Of a stretch of DNA of 64,000 nucleotides, positions 52,116 to 64,000 are shown piece after piece. This DNA is from Schmidtea polychroa. Lineage: Eukaryota. The position numbers and the translations under genes were made by a program. Every line of letters starts with the position of its first letter. Within the stretch, counting starts at the first letter, position 1. The notes beneath the pieces were generated by a model. It did not search any database, was not told where the DNA came from, and saw nothing but the letters and a program-made list of their open reading frames with translations. The stretch spans positions 46,252,001-46,316,000 of the forward strand of contig CM097888.1 of NCBI GenBank assembly GCA_044892525.1. Reading direction: 5' to 3'.

Positions 52116-55100
52116 NTTAGGATTATCAATATTGTTATTATTATTATTGTATTATAAGAACTTTTTTTCAAAGCAGAAGACAAGTTGACTTAATTAGGCA
52201 TTCTTAGTTAGGATAAAATTTTGTAATCTAATTTTGATTCACTTCCACATATCCGATTAACTTAAAACTTTGCCTATTTTCGTAGTTTCAATAACAATGA
52301 AAGAATTTCATGGAAAAGCAATTAAAATATATAACAGGATTCTATCAGGATAATATTTTAATTAAAGTCAATATAAATCACACTTCTAAAAGACAAACAA
52401 AGATAAAATAATAATTCGAATCTTTCTTTTATCCATATAATTTCTTCTAAATTCATTTCTTAAAGATCTATTGAGTTTCTTTAAATCATAAAAAAATGAA
52501 TGCATGAAATAGTGGTTCTAACCAGTAGTTCTTAAAGTTTTGCGCGCGACGGACCGGTACTAAGTTTTTGAAGAAATTCAAACAATTTAACCAATTTAAA
52601 TAAAAAGTTAAAAATTAAAATTAATTTTTGTTTCTTTCATAGACTGGTATCTGTTTGGTATTATCAATATAGCTGAGATAGTTCACAATAGGTTCAGGGA
52701 ACTCAGTACATAAGATAGACTAACTTTAAGGATATCTCTGATTCGTATGAGTCACTTATGGCTCCCAAACCAATGAATTTTGATCACAAGCAGGAATTAA
52801 TGACGAAATAAAATAATCGAGTGAAATTATGTAAACATCCGGATTTTAAGATGTTTATTATTTATCATTTATTTCGAATTCCGTTAAATATCAGCCCTGG
52901 CATTTCATCGTGTGAATTAGAGTCTTCAACTTACTTACGTATGTAATAATGTCGTTGGATTTAAGAATGTTTTCTCGATGGTCATGCACTTGGTTGCAAC
53001 TAACTTCATAGGTGCAACTAATTTGAATTCATTGTGTTTCATGTACAGATCAGCTTCCTACTGCATGGGATTTATTATTCTTTTCTAAACTTCGAATTTG
53101 GTAGAGTAATATGGCAAATTTCTCTACTGTATGTAAAAAGAGAATTTTTCAAAAATTTAGTTTATAATTTTGGTTTAAAGATCATTATTATTTTGAATTT
53201 TCTGTTTATTGTAATCTATATTAAAAATTTCAACCACGTGGAATTATCTTCTATACCATATTTGAACAGTTTTAACCATGATTTCAAATATACTAGGGAT
53301 TCATTTTATTGAAGATATTTTTTTTTTTGGAACGACTTAAATTTGAATGGATTTTTAATTTGGATTCATTAAATGATCCCAATGTTTTATTTATGACAAG
53401 CTTAGATATGGGTATTCTTGAACACGTTATGTTTCATTGCCAAGATGTTGTCAATCGTAATTCAAATATTGGAAACTTAACCGCTACAGAATGTAAACTT
53501 AATTACTATAATTCTTGGAAACATTCATCAAACATTTGGATATTTGGATATTTCATTTTTGGTCTATAGTTATAATGAAAATTAATGAAATGCCAAAAGC
53601 TAACAAGTCAAAGGTGAACAAAGAAATAAAAGTTTTTACTGATAAAACTAATTTACCGCCAACTTACCGCCAAAAAAATTATTAAAACAAATCAATAATA
53701 TTTAATATATTTCAAAAATTCCTAGAAAGTGAATATTTATTAAAAATGATTTATTAAAACATTTTTTTAAAAATACCGCTAAAATTTAATTTGAAATGAT
53801 ATATTAAAACAAAAACCCATTTGTACTGTCAACCCATGAATTTATCTCACACTGTAATCAGCAGGCCGCGTGATAATCAAATGAGGGACAAACAGGACAC
53901 ATTATACTACTTTTTCAAATAAAACAATATATTGGTAAATGATTGGCTATTGTCATTATTTGAATCTAAATTGGATATGTCATTAGAGATTGCAGAATAG
54001 CTGTTTAGGAATATTATTAGATTGTAATTCAATTAAGTCAAGCTTATAGTTTACAATCCAGAATAAAAGACATGCTAAAAATATCATCAAAGTTTTGAAA
54101 TCTTTGATCAAATTCAAATTTTCGTTTTGGCTTTGAATTTAATTTTGATATTCTACCAAAATCTCTTTATGTATAGCTTAACAATTTGTTAATTCTCTTT
54201 TTGATGTTGCACTGCGCAAGGTCGAGGGGATTATTTTGAGTAAATCTTGACCTAATCTAGAACTTTTTCACAAACTGTACTTTGCCACGGATTCGTTATC
54301 CGTATTTACAACCATCAACGCATTTGAGATGGATGAAATAATTAATTCCTTTTTCCCCAGATTTATGACAGAAGTAGTTTTTCTACATCTTCGTAGTTTA
54401 TATCTGTAATTTCTTCGAAGTTTAAACGAGAAACTATGTTTACTATATATATATAACTAGTAGTGAATAGTAATTTTCTGTTTGAGCTTGTAATAAAATT
54501 TTTGTTAATTTTTATTGTGGCCCCTCCCTTGGATAAAAGAAAATAATCTCTGTAGTAAAACAGTTACTATAAAGATCAGTAATCAATGAAAAACCGAAAG
54601 ATTAAAAATAATTAAAAGAACGGAACTGATTTAACGAAAGGAAGGGAAGAAGACATGACTCAAAGAATAACATTTACAAAAATTTAACAAAGCCATTTGA
54701 GGTAATATGCGTTTCCAACAAGCTTTAAGTGTTTATGGTTTCATGAAATCACAATCTGATGACACAGTTCTAATACAATCTAGAATAGAAAATTCTTTAC
54801 CTTCATAATGATTTTTTTATATATAAAAATAGTTCTTGAAAATCTGGTGTATGCTGTACATATTTCAAGTTTCGAAGACTGCTTGGTCTATTGGTGAAGT
54901 GTAGTTAAGAAGACGAAAAACAATTTTAACGTTTCGGTGATTCAATTCCTTGCAATCGGTACAAGTGTTATCAAGAATCTAGAAAACTTTGAAACCCAAA
55001 GACTTTCTACTTTCGGAAGATAAAACAATTATAAAACTAGTACTTGAGTCATCCGCGCTTTCATATTAGATCACCAGAATGCATGCAACTAAAACTTATC

Positions 55101-55665
55101 ATTTGTATTGTCATCAGACCTCCGGATATATTTCTGCACATATGATGAGTAGAGTACACCATTGCATGTTTTAGCAGACATTCTTTTCAACAATAGAATA
55201 ATGGCAGGATAAATTAAATAAATTTTAAATTTGTCATAAAAAGACAAACATAATAATTAAAAGTTAAATATAAAGAAATGAGAACCTAAAGGTTAATTAT
55301 AATAATTAATAATTTAAAACCATTTTCCTAAACTAAATTTCTAAGACTATCAACAGTAAATTGCGCAAATATCTTCAACAATTCTATTTAGTAATTTTAC
55401 AACCATGAAGTTAAGACGCGCCATCTACCCCCAAATTTCCTCGACGGTAGTTTCCGCGCGCATACTCAAAGCGACAAATTTTTTGGTTTTGAAAAGTTAT
55501 ATGGCTTATGATGTCGTTAATATAAGCGGTAAATTAAAATTTTTGGATCAACTAAAAAATTCTCCCCTAAAATTAAACAACTAAAAATTACCCCCTAAAA
55601 AATAAAATGTAAGTATTTTATTAATCTTAACGAAAAAATTTTAAAACTTCATTAGAATCATTTTT

Positions 55666-55840
55666 AAGAATATTGTCTTTAAACATTCACTTTCCTAAAT
55701 ACAATGGCAAGTTTCTTTTTCAACCCCCTTCATAGATTTAATTCTTATTTTTAAAGAATATTGTCTTTAAACATTCACTTTCCTAAATACAATGGCAAAT
55801 TTCTTTTTCAACCCCCTTCATAGATTTAATTCTTATTTTT
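55666..55840. repeat. Two-copy 88-bp tandem duplication
   Basis: AAGAATATTGTCTTTAAACATTC... at 55666 and 55754, near-identical. Confidence 0.9.
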
Positions 55841-56499
55841 TGTTTTGCCCAGTAACTTTAAATGGCTTGTGTATGCGTTCCTGTTTCTTAGTTAATAAAC
55901 TGTGTTTTTTGGTTTACTGTTGAATAGGCCAAATTTTCATTTCTTTTGATATGCTTTCATTCATCAGATCATACAATAGATTCAGGCACACATTTGGTTA
56001 ATTATTGGTAATAGGGTCTTTTGAGATCTATCTGGTACGATACATACATATCCTTTACTAGGAATATAATTTGTATCAACCATACCAAAGACCCATATTT
56101 CATCACTGCTGGACCTTCCCCAATGATTTTTGAGGCATGTATCTTAATTTGTAAGATAATACATTCACCACCCAGTTTTTTATTTTCAAAATTAAACAAT
56201 AATGCAATTCTGGATCTTAAAAGATTAAAAAATTTAATTATTCGAGTGATTAGAAAACCAGCACCACAGTATTAACAAACAAGTTTTAAGGTATAAATCA
56301 AATTTTGCTAAACAGGAATCTGATTTGACAGTTTTTGTAGTTTCAAATTTACTAAAATTGGAATTCATACACTTTCAGACATATTTATCTTTTTGGCCTT
56401 AACCATTGTCAGTAAACAATAATTACAAGTTACTGTAACTTTTAAAATTAATTTTAAAATTAGATTTCTAAAAACAGACCTTAATAATAAGGTTTAAAC

Positions 56500-56927
56500 C
56501 AGTGCTGTCCAAACTTTTTTGAGCCACGGCACACTTGGCTGAATAAAAATTTTCGCGGCACACCTAAATTTTCTTTTGCTTTATTTGGAATTTTTTATTG
56601 CACTTTTACTAATCTTTTAATAAGAAATGAAAAACTTATAAACTAAAAAATATTATTATTTAATATTTAAGATTCTAAATAAACATAATTAAGCTGCTTA
56701 CGTATTTTAGATAGTCAATATTTCTAGTAAGAAATATAAATATGATTGTAAACAAATAAATTTCGCATTTAATTGACTGATTAACATTTAAATTTGAAAT
56801 AACTGTTGAAATATTCAATTTCCTTTTATTAAGTTGTTTGGAAAAACAAGGATTTTTTTGACTTTTTAAAAAAAATTTCACGGCACACCTGGGCACCCCG
56901 CCATGGCGCACAGTTTGGACAACACTG
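56500..56927. mobile_element. hAT-type MITE (428 bp)
   Basis: TIRs CAGTGCTGTCCAAAC / GTTTGGACAACACTG (14/15). 8-bp TSD GTTTAAAC / GTTTAAAT (7/8) with central TA. Confidence 0.88.
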
Positions 56928-58392
56928 GTTTAAATGAAAAAAATTATTTGATAAAGTTGTCAAAAATCAGTTAATTTTTAAATTGTAATCAACTTAAAAA
57001 TTGCACATTGGAGGGCAATTTTTTAGTTTATCCAAATTTTTCTTTGTAAACTGTGTATATTTTAAAATGCAAAATTTTCCATTAGAATTGAAATATTTTT
57101 TGGTATATGCAAATAATTGTGCCAATGTCATTACAATTTAATTTGAAAAATATTGGATAAGACTGAGCTACTTGCTTGTGAAATACGTTTGTGAAGTTTC
57201 GAATAATTCAACTTTAAACTTCATATAATCCAATTTATTGTGGCAGTGATTCTCTACTAATCCGCTTGACAACGATATTCATGATTAATTGAATCGATTC
57301 TGCAATTAATCGTAAATTTTTAGTTTCGATCTTTCTATCGTAGCTCATTTTTTTAGCGCAATCTTTTTCTCTTTTGTAAATAATTAATTAATAATTTAAT
57401 TGATAAAAATTTTACTTTATTGTGAATATAATTATACTTGAATTATATGACCAGTACAACGTTTTATCCGGTATACAGACTGACTTTTAATATATGTACC
57501 GTATTTTAGCGCATATAACGCGCGCGTTATACGCATTTTTACAAACCGCGCACCCCCCATGCGCGGTATCTGTGGGTGCGCGCTTTATGATTTATATTTT
57601 ACACGTGGCGGCATTGCCAGTGGAAATATTTTTATGATGTGACAGTAATGTTACGTTTGATTGCAACCAGATTTACTTTTAGTTAAACAAATTATTTTAT
57701 TTTTATAATATTAAATAATAATTTGCTATTTATTTATGTTATGTAGCAATGTTTCAGATACCGAGTTTGTGTTTAATATGGATCGAATGGCGCCAGCCGG
57801 AGTTGCATTGTTCGTATTGACACGTCAGGAAAACAAATAGAAATAAAGAAATTATAAATTTTAATGTTCACGTTATCTTATATTAAATTTTTTTTATAGA
57901 TATAATAAATTAAACTTCGATGTTTTTTTATTTATTTTTGATCCCACATGTCATTTCAGTAACTTGTTGCTGTTTTAATCTCCGCCATCCTCAAGCTCTT
58001 CTTCGCCATCACTCTCCTGGAAACCTTCGATTTTGTTTTTTATTTATTTCTTTAATTTCTCATTTATTTTCTCTCACTTTTGCTTATTCTATTTCTACTT
58101 TATCCGTTGTATGTTTTAGATCGTTTCCCTTTTGCCTTATTTTCAACTTTTAGGGTTTTTATTTATTTGGTTGCTTATTCTTAATATCTTATTGTTTCTC
58201 CCTATTTACTACCGGGATTTGGTGGTGATTTATTTTTTATCCTATTTCATTTAATTTTCCCCGGGGTTCGTTTCCTTATTTGATCCAGTTTTCGCCACCT
58301 CCACATTTAGCCCAACACAAGGTTGTCAGTTTTTCATAACAAAAATCGATTTGCAATTCGAAAGAAAGAATCGAGACCGATTGTAAGTCACT

Positions 58393-59144
58393 TTACACGA
58401 AACCTTCTCCTTCGGCAATCATATCATCGATGTCGAAAGGTAGCCGACAGTCCGATATAAATTTGATGCCTTCGGCCGGAACAATTCGGAAAACTTCTTT
58501 CGTGGGGATTGAGTGGGTGGACGATATTTCTTTGATTGTTGATTGCGCCGCAGATAATGACGCTTCGAGTGCTGCCATTGCATCTCTGCGTTTCTGATTC
58601 TTTTCTGCTCTGGTTGGCCGCTTCCGTTTGCGCAGTGACAGATTGTTTTCTACTATAGAGGTGACGACGGGTGCCACTAGAACTGGGGCCAGGATAGGGT
58701 CAGAAGGACCGCCTGCCATTGGCCGATAACCCGTCAGCACAGGGGCTGGATTGGGCTGCAGATGTGGGCCGTGCCCCTGCAGCTTGAGGTGGATGACTGG
58801 TGGTGGAGGGGAAATACATTTGTCCCATCCAGAACGGGAAATTCTCGCCCCCGTTTTGCCAGCTCCGCCTCCGTATAAACCTTGTGGAGGGCTTCGGACT
58901 GGGCCTTGATCGTGAGCCTTTGACAGCGGCTCTCCTAGAGGAGGCTGTCTCGACAGTGCTCCAATCTGAGAATCTTACTTCGCTCATCCTTCATCTTTGG
59001 CGGGGAGAACCACGTTCCTTCGTATAGATCTATACGCTTTTTGAGAACCCCGATATAAAGGTGGAGTTGGGCGATATCCGCGTTCTTGTCTGCACAAGAA
59101 AAACACGGGCGAAGTTCCTTGACATTGTTGGACGGTGTAGTCAT
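58393..59144 (-). pseudogene. Diverged pseudogenised homolog of the 248-aa LTR ORF
   Basis: LRPCFSCADKN..KRID.YEGTWFSP..MK..EHCRDSLL*ESRCQR.TIKAQSEALHKVY aligns to LRPCFSCSDKN..KRRIDELEGTWFSP..EHCRDALISESRAQRSLIKEQSEALHKLY. It has an in-frame TAG at 58935. After a frameshift, the C-terminus RAEK..R..FDIDDMIAE matches RAERKR..FDLEDLLAD. Confidence 0.9.
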
Positions 59145-60164
59145 CTAAAGATTTAATCAGTTCTTATGCTTATTCGTAACATTCATTCGTGTGACAAATA
59201 CAATTTTGGGACGGTCTGGTAGTTTCATCAAGCATTCCATTCAACGATGGCCCACAAATCTTACCATCTATCCCTGTTCACAGTTATTTACCTGCAAGCA
59301 TTCAAATTAATTCACCCAATCTCTATAAATGAAGAAAAGAAAACGGGGAATTCTTGAAAATAATTAACTTGATATAAAACTCATCCCTTTGACTTGCTTT
59401 CGGGCTGGACGATCTCCGTATAAAACATGTTTATTCATTTATTACGATTAACCCTTACAATATTTCTTATTATTAGAAAAATATAATTTCGCTACTGTAT
59501 TTTGTCGATTTATGCGTGCATAGTATTATGGAGAATTAATTCGCTGTGACTAGTATCTGCTTGTGTTATTAACTCGATTAAATTTATAAAATTAAATGAA
59601 GTATGTCGGTTAGAGTTAGGATATAAATTAAAATCTGATCATTTTAAATGATGCGTCGCAATCGTTGTCATGGAGACGCCTACCTGTAGTCATGCGTTAT
59701 GAGCAAATTTTATGTGTGCTGATATTCTATCATTGTATCTATTGCTGTACATAGACTATTAAATCGGTTAGTTGTCTGTACTATTAGAAGGAATTAACAA
59801 AATACACTAAATTGAGTTGGGGAAATTTAATCCCTCGCTAGTTCGGAGAAATTTGTATTATCATGTAATCGTTACGTCATCAAAATTTTACTACCCCAAT
59901 CGTATATTAAAAAAAAAAAAAAAAAATCAAATTTTATTTTAATAAATTCCAACTGGCCATAAGGCCGAAGGGGGGAACTTCCCGCCACTTAATTTTTCCT
60001 GTTTCTTAATACTTCAAATCTTTTATTGCTAGAGTTGGAAACTCCCGCAATTGGACGTTGGTTGTTGTTCTCCGGTAAGCATCATACGGGCAATAGAAGC
60101 TAACCATGGCCAAGCATAATCACGCTCGGCCATGGCCCGCATATCAGCACCGGACATTCATTCG

Positions 60165-60460
60165 TAGGTTAGGAGAGGCTTTCTTGTTTTCACAATCGCA
60201 GTCTCTGTCTGATGAGTTAATTATCTGCCAGAGCCTAGTAGTCCGAGCAGATTCTGTTGTTTAGGAGAGGCTTTCCCGTCTTAGCAGTCATAGCCTCTGT
60301 CTGGCGAGTTTAGTTCTGATATCATTCGTCTAGATCCAAGTGTAGTCCGATTCATCCGCTTTCGCATATGTTGAACTAGCATATTGAAGTAGTCCGAGCT
60401 GGTTTGGATTAGGAGAGGCTTTCAGGTATAGCTGTTCCTCTGTCTGATAAGTTAGATGCT
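60165..60460. repeat. Three dispersed imperfect repeat units (TTAGGAGAGGCTTT ... CTCTGTCTG(A/G)(T/C)(G/A)AG ... TAGTCCGA)
   Basis: TTAGGAGAGGCTTT at ~60168, ~60261 and ~60409, each followed by a CTCTGTCTG box. Confidence 0.75.
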
Positions 60461-60684
60461 GTTTTGTTTTCTAAAAGTTTTCGGAGTAGAAAGACTCCAT
60501 TTATTGGACTTTTATAGCGTTAATAGTTTATATATACTAATAGTATAGTATTCATAGAGTTTAAGATATTGGAAAGAGATATAATATAGATAAGAACACT
60601 AAAAAGTAAAGAAAATGAAACTATCAATGAGCAGGACCCATACAAGGATCCTTACATTTACCCAATGATAGTTGTGACATACGT

Positions 60685-61584
60685 TTAATGCCGTTTTTTC
60701 TTCTTCTTTTTATTTTGTTTCTTATTTAGGTTTCTTGGTGCATCATTGGTTAGTTCTTCACAGTTAACATTTTTCCCTACTTGCATATATTCATGCATGA
60801 CTTGGAACATTTTTGGGTCGGTTTGGATATTATTGAGTAACCTTTGCAGGAGTTTACTACCATCTTCGCTGCAGTGGTTGTCTATTAGGCTATCGTCATT
60901 CCGGTTGGAGAGTGATGGTATATTTATGGATTCAGAGAGTGTGGGTATCATGTTTACGGATTCTGCAATAGTTGGAAAGTCATCAAAGTAGGATTCATAG
61001 TAGAATTCTGGATTAATTGGACAGTCTTTCATATAAACGGATTCTGCTATAGTTTGAGAGTCTTTCATATAATATGGTTCATTAGAATTTCGGAAGTCAT
61101 CATAATGGGATTCAGTAATATTTGGGAATTTATCATAATAAGATTCAGTAGTATTTGGGACGTCATTATCATATGAGTTATTAGTAGCTGGTAGTTCGGA
61201 GTTTGGCGAATTCATTGAGTTAGTAAGCATGGATATTTGGTGTAAATGTTCAGGCTTTAGAGGTTGGGATAGGTCTGGATAGGTTGAGATGATCGAGTTT
61301 ATAATATTATTGATATTGGCGTATTTTTCATTGTTTGGATTAGTAGTTAATTCAAAGTTGGTGGTATTGGAGCCGGAATTTTTATACGTTGATTCATTGG
61401 TATCGCTACATTCTGGGTAATTTGCGTCAGTATTTGTTAATAGGTTTTCAAATCTCATATTATGTCTGATTTTAAATTTCTTACGATTAAAGATTTCTTG
61501 GTTAGTGATTGATTTTTTTGGAATTGGGCTAGAGTAGTGGGGTCTTGGTAGGTTTATATATATATATAAGTTTTCGGCTTCCAT
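60685..61584 (-). CDS. 299-aa Asn/Ser/Thr-rich orphan with ~11-aa internal repeats and a C-terminal basic NLS-like tail
   Basis: Intact ORF; repeats PNTTESYYDKF / PNITESHYDDF / PTIAESVNM; ends KKQNKKKKKKRH. Confidence 0.55.
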   Translation of the reverse strand: MEAENLYIYINLPRPHYSSPIPKKSITNQEIFNRKKFKIRHNMRFENLLTNTDANYPECSDTNESTYKNSGSNTTNFELTTNPNNEKYANINNIINSIISTYPDLSQPLKPEHLHQISMLTNSMNSPNSELPATNNSYDNDVPNTTESYYDKFPNITESHYDDFRNSNEPYYMKDSQTIAESVYMKDCPINPEFYYESYFDDFPTIAESVNMIPTLSESINIPSLSNRNDDSLIDNHCSEDGSKLLQRLLNNIQTDPKMFQVMHEYMQVGKNVNCEELTNDAPRNLNKKQNKKKKKKRH

Positions 61585-61807
61585 ATTTTGACGGTTGGTT
61601 TTGGTTGAGCATATTGAGGTTTGTTCGTGGGGATTCTTATCATCGGTAGTCGTCTGAAGGCAGACGAGCTATACTTTGGAAATTTATCGGATTTGGTAAC
61701 GTTTTCTAGGAGTCGGCCGGAGGCCGGCGAGCTGTGATTGAATATTACGGTTTCAGGGCTTACGTTTGCTGTGAGTCGGCCGTAGGCCGACGAGCTGCGT
61801 ATAATTT

Positions 61808-62572
61808 TTAGCGTTTTTTAGCGTTGTCATCGGATCTGGTTTTTGAGGAAAATATAAACAAATTATTCTGAATTTGTTTTTTCTTTAATTTTTTGCGTTT
61901 TTTATTTTTATAAATTTTTCTAAAATCATTAAAGAAGTAATTATCATGCTTTTTTTCAAAAAATGTCAATTTTTTCACGTTTTTATTTTTACTATCAGGG
62001 GTTTTTACGTTTTTATTTTTAATAATTTGATTTTTAATAAAATTTTCATTACTTATATTAATTCTATTTACGGTGTTTTTAAAATTATTAGGGTTTTCAT
62101 TGACATTTTTTTTAAATTTTTCTTTAAAATTAACATTTTTAAAAAAAGCATGTTTTTCTAACGAATTATTAATCATAAAAGAAAGGTAATTTTGATTATA
62201 ATTTACGTTAGATTGCCATATTTTTACGGCTGCTTCGAATGCCTCTAGGAAATCAGTATGCTGTTCTCGGATCAGATTTTCGATTACAAAACATCCAGAG
62301 ATGAGCTTGTCAGCATATCTATATGTATTTTGGCTTATATCTCGAATATTGGAGCCAATACAATCCCAGCAAGCAGTTCGGAGATCCTTCGACATTTCAA
62401 TGGTTCCTGAAAAATAGTTAAAGAGCTGAAAAGCAATAAAAAACTCATTGATTTCTGCCCCAGTGCTAGTGAATGTTATATGAAGTAATTCTACTAAGCT
62501 CTGGGGACTTTTACCAAAAATTTTTAGCGTTGTCATCTTGCTGTCTTGTGCAAAGTGGACTAGTGTGTGCAA
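61808..62572 (-). CDS. 254-aa orphan ORF (helical N-half, Lys/Asn-rich C-half)
   Basis: Intact ORF with no recognised motif. The likely start is MTTLKIF at ~62536. Confidence 0.45.
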   Translation of the reverse strand: MHTLVHFAQDSKMTTLKIFGKSPQSLVELLHITFTSTGAEINEFFIAFQLFNYFSGTIEMSKDLRTACWDCIGSNIRDISQNTYRYADKLISGCFVIENLIREQHTDFLEAFEAAVKIWQSNVNYNQNYLSFMINNSLEKHAFFKNVNFKEKFKKNVNENPNNFKNTVNRINISNENFIKNQIIKNKNVKTPDSKNKNVKKLTFFEKKHDNYFFNDFRKIYKNKKRKKLKKKQIQNNLFIFSSKTRSDDNAKKR

Positions 62573-64000
62573 CTAAATTTGCATTCTCAAGTCAAGGCAA
62601 TGTGGCGGCAATACGACGGCTAACTCCAAGCTGGCTAAGATTGATCGACGAATTTTGATATCGCTGGCAACTGTTTCCTTTGGACTTATGGTGAGTATTT
62701 TGATAATTCATTTCAAGATGTTTACTCTTCTGTCAGGAAGAAAATGCTTATCACTGATATCGGCAATCCAAGGACAACAACTCATTCCAAAAGTACATCA
62801 ACGATGGATTTAGCAGCTAACGTCCTAGCGACACAAATCCGGTAAAATCTCGGAAATGTGGTGTATTACGGAAAATGTTGGAATTTCTCACAAATTATGG
62901 TCGAACAAATTCTCTTTCTAAATATGCTGACAGACAAGCTAAGTATGAAAAGGTCTTTCTATTCTACGTGGATTTTCACAAAATCAAAACTGGACACAAA
63001 GGTCGATCTCAACATAAATCATTCTCCTCTTGGAATTTAATCATCTTCGCAACTGTTGGAGATTTCGGTGTTGCTGATAGAAATGATGGAATGCTCTATT
63101 AACGATCGCACTCGATGAAGAAAATTCGATTCCTAACTGGATCTCGACTTACTGAGTTTTCTTCATCCCTCATGACACACCCAAGAACGGCATACATTTC
63201 TGCCACCGTTCCTGCGCCGTCATGAGGGACCAATCAACTCTTTTCCATTCAATTAAATTAAAAATTTATGCAACATAAATCAAAAATGAATAATCAATCA
63301 ATGAATAAATAAAATTTTGCCCGGGCTCCAAGTATGATGTCTCTCTCGCCAAGCAATCGCACGTTTGATCGTGACATTAACGAAAAATCTCATGAACTAT
63401 TATTATATTCTCGGACCATTTAATTCTGCGACATCCTTAGGATACATTTTCTGAAACTTCCTCGTGGCTGTTCATTCCATCGTGGTATATCTCTCGCTCG
63501 TCCACATCATACCTGAAGCTCCCAGATGGCACAGTCGCCGGCACCATGAAGAAAGGTTGTTTTTCATTTGAATAAATTTATTATATGAAATTGGTTTTAA
63601 TTATATTTACAAAATAACTAGATTAACTAATAACCACAAATAAATTAACTTCTGAGACATACCTCGAGTTTCGAAAACTGGATCGGATAAGTGGAATAGG
63701 TCAAAATGGAATTAGTCCTTAATTAGATTTGTCGGTTGATTACTATATATCCCTTGTCTAGATTCGGTTTACTGTTCTCTGGAATAGTTCGCTGTAGAGT
63801 AGTTTGGCTAAATGATCTGCAATCTGCAATCGTGGATTAAAAGTGGTTTGGTAGGCTGCTAACTAGTCCTGTAGAGTATTTGTTAAAGTGGTCTGCAAAT
63901 AATAAACAAAATTTTACCTGTAGAGTATTTGTTAAAGTGGTACTCTACAGATATTTTCCGTTCCTTATATATTATTTTTCGTCCAATCAGGACACGACTT

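Noticed and set aside
45322-57000. Short ORFs in the AT-rich stretch (45322, 45739, 46844, 51415-52183, 53034, 53309, 56002, 56021, 56675)
   Set aside because: No motifs, low complexity; one spans the N gap and one lies within a MITE.
57497-57600. TACCGTATTT.. Tc1/mariner-like end with GC hairpins
   Set aside because: No matching opposite terminus was found in the window.
57788-57805. TGGCGCCAG.. as a PBS for the minus-strand relic
   Set aside because: Only 7 nt resemble Lys-type PBSs and no CA-terminated LTR end is adjacent.
60165-60460. Hammerhead ribozyme call from CTGATGAG
   Set aside because: No GAAA after a stem II, and the core is altered in two of three copies.
63868-63941. 25-bp direct repeat with 49-bp spacing, the same spacing as the LTR repeat at 9107/9156
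   Set aside because: The sequences are unrelated, so the equal spacing is treated as coincidence.

Overview
AT-rich eukaryotic genomic DNA, probably from an invertebrate animal; the host cannot be identified from sequence alone. Positions 1-43319 are a head-to-tail array with a 26,181-bp period of one giant Ty3/gypsy-type LTR retroelement. One complete LTR-to-LTR copy can be read at about 8721-39074 (~30.4 kb). Its putative LTRs are ~4.2 kb, shared between neighbouring copies, and followed by a tRNA-Pro PBS. It encodes a 4158-aa polyprotein in an unusual order: Gag (3x CCHC), ubiquitin-like domains, a Bcl-2-like helical domain, a chuvirus-like envelope glycoprotein, protease, RT, RNase H, integrase, then duplicated ankyrin repeats. 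Extra sense-strand cargo includes an intronless full-length TRAF, an IAP/MDM2-type RING protein in the 5' leader, type I membrane proteins, coiled-coil proteins and an ORF inside the LTR. The best candidate for a novel system is this enveloped retrovirus-like element with an apparent TRAF/RING/ankyrin/Bcl-2 toolkit for host immune and death signalling. Domain calls rest on motif recognition by eye, and novelty is untested. The array breaks inside gag at 43319. The rest of the window holds a fold-back repeat, a decayed hAT transposon nested in a hairpin-containing inverted repeat, an assembly gap, a hAT MITE, and a minus-strand relic with a pseudogenised homolog of the LTR ORF plus two orphan ORFs.
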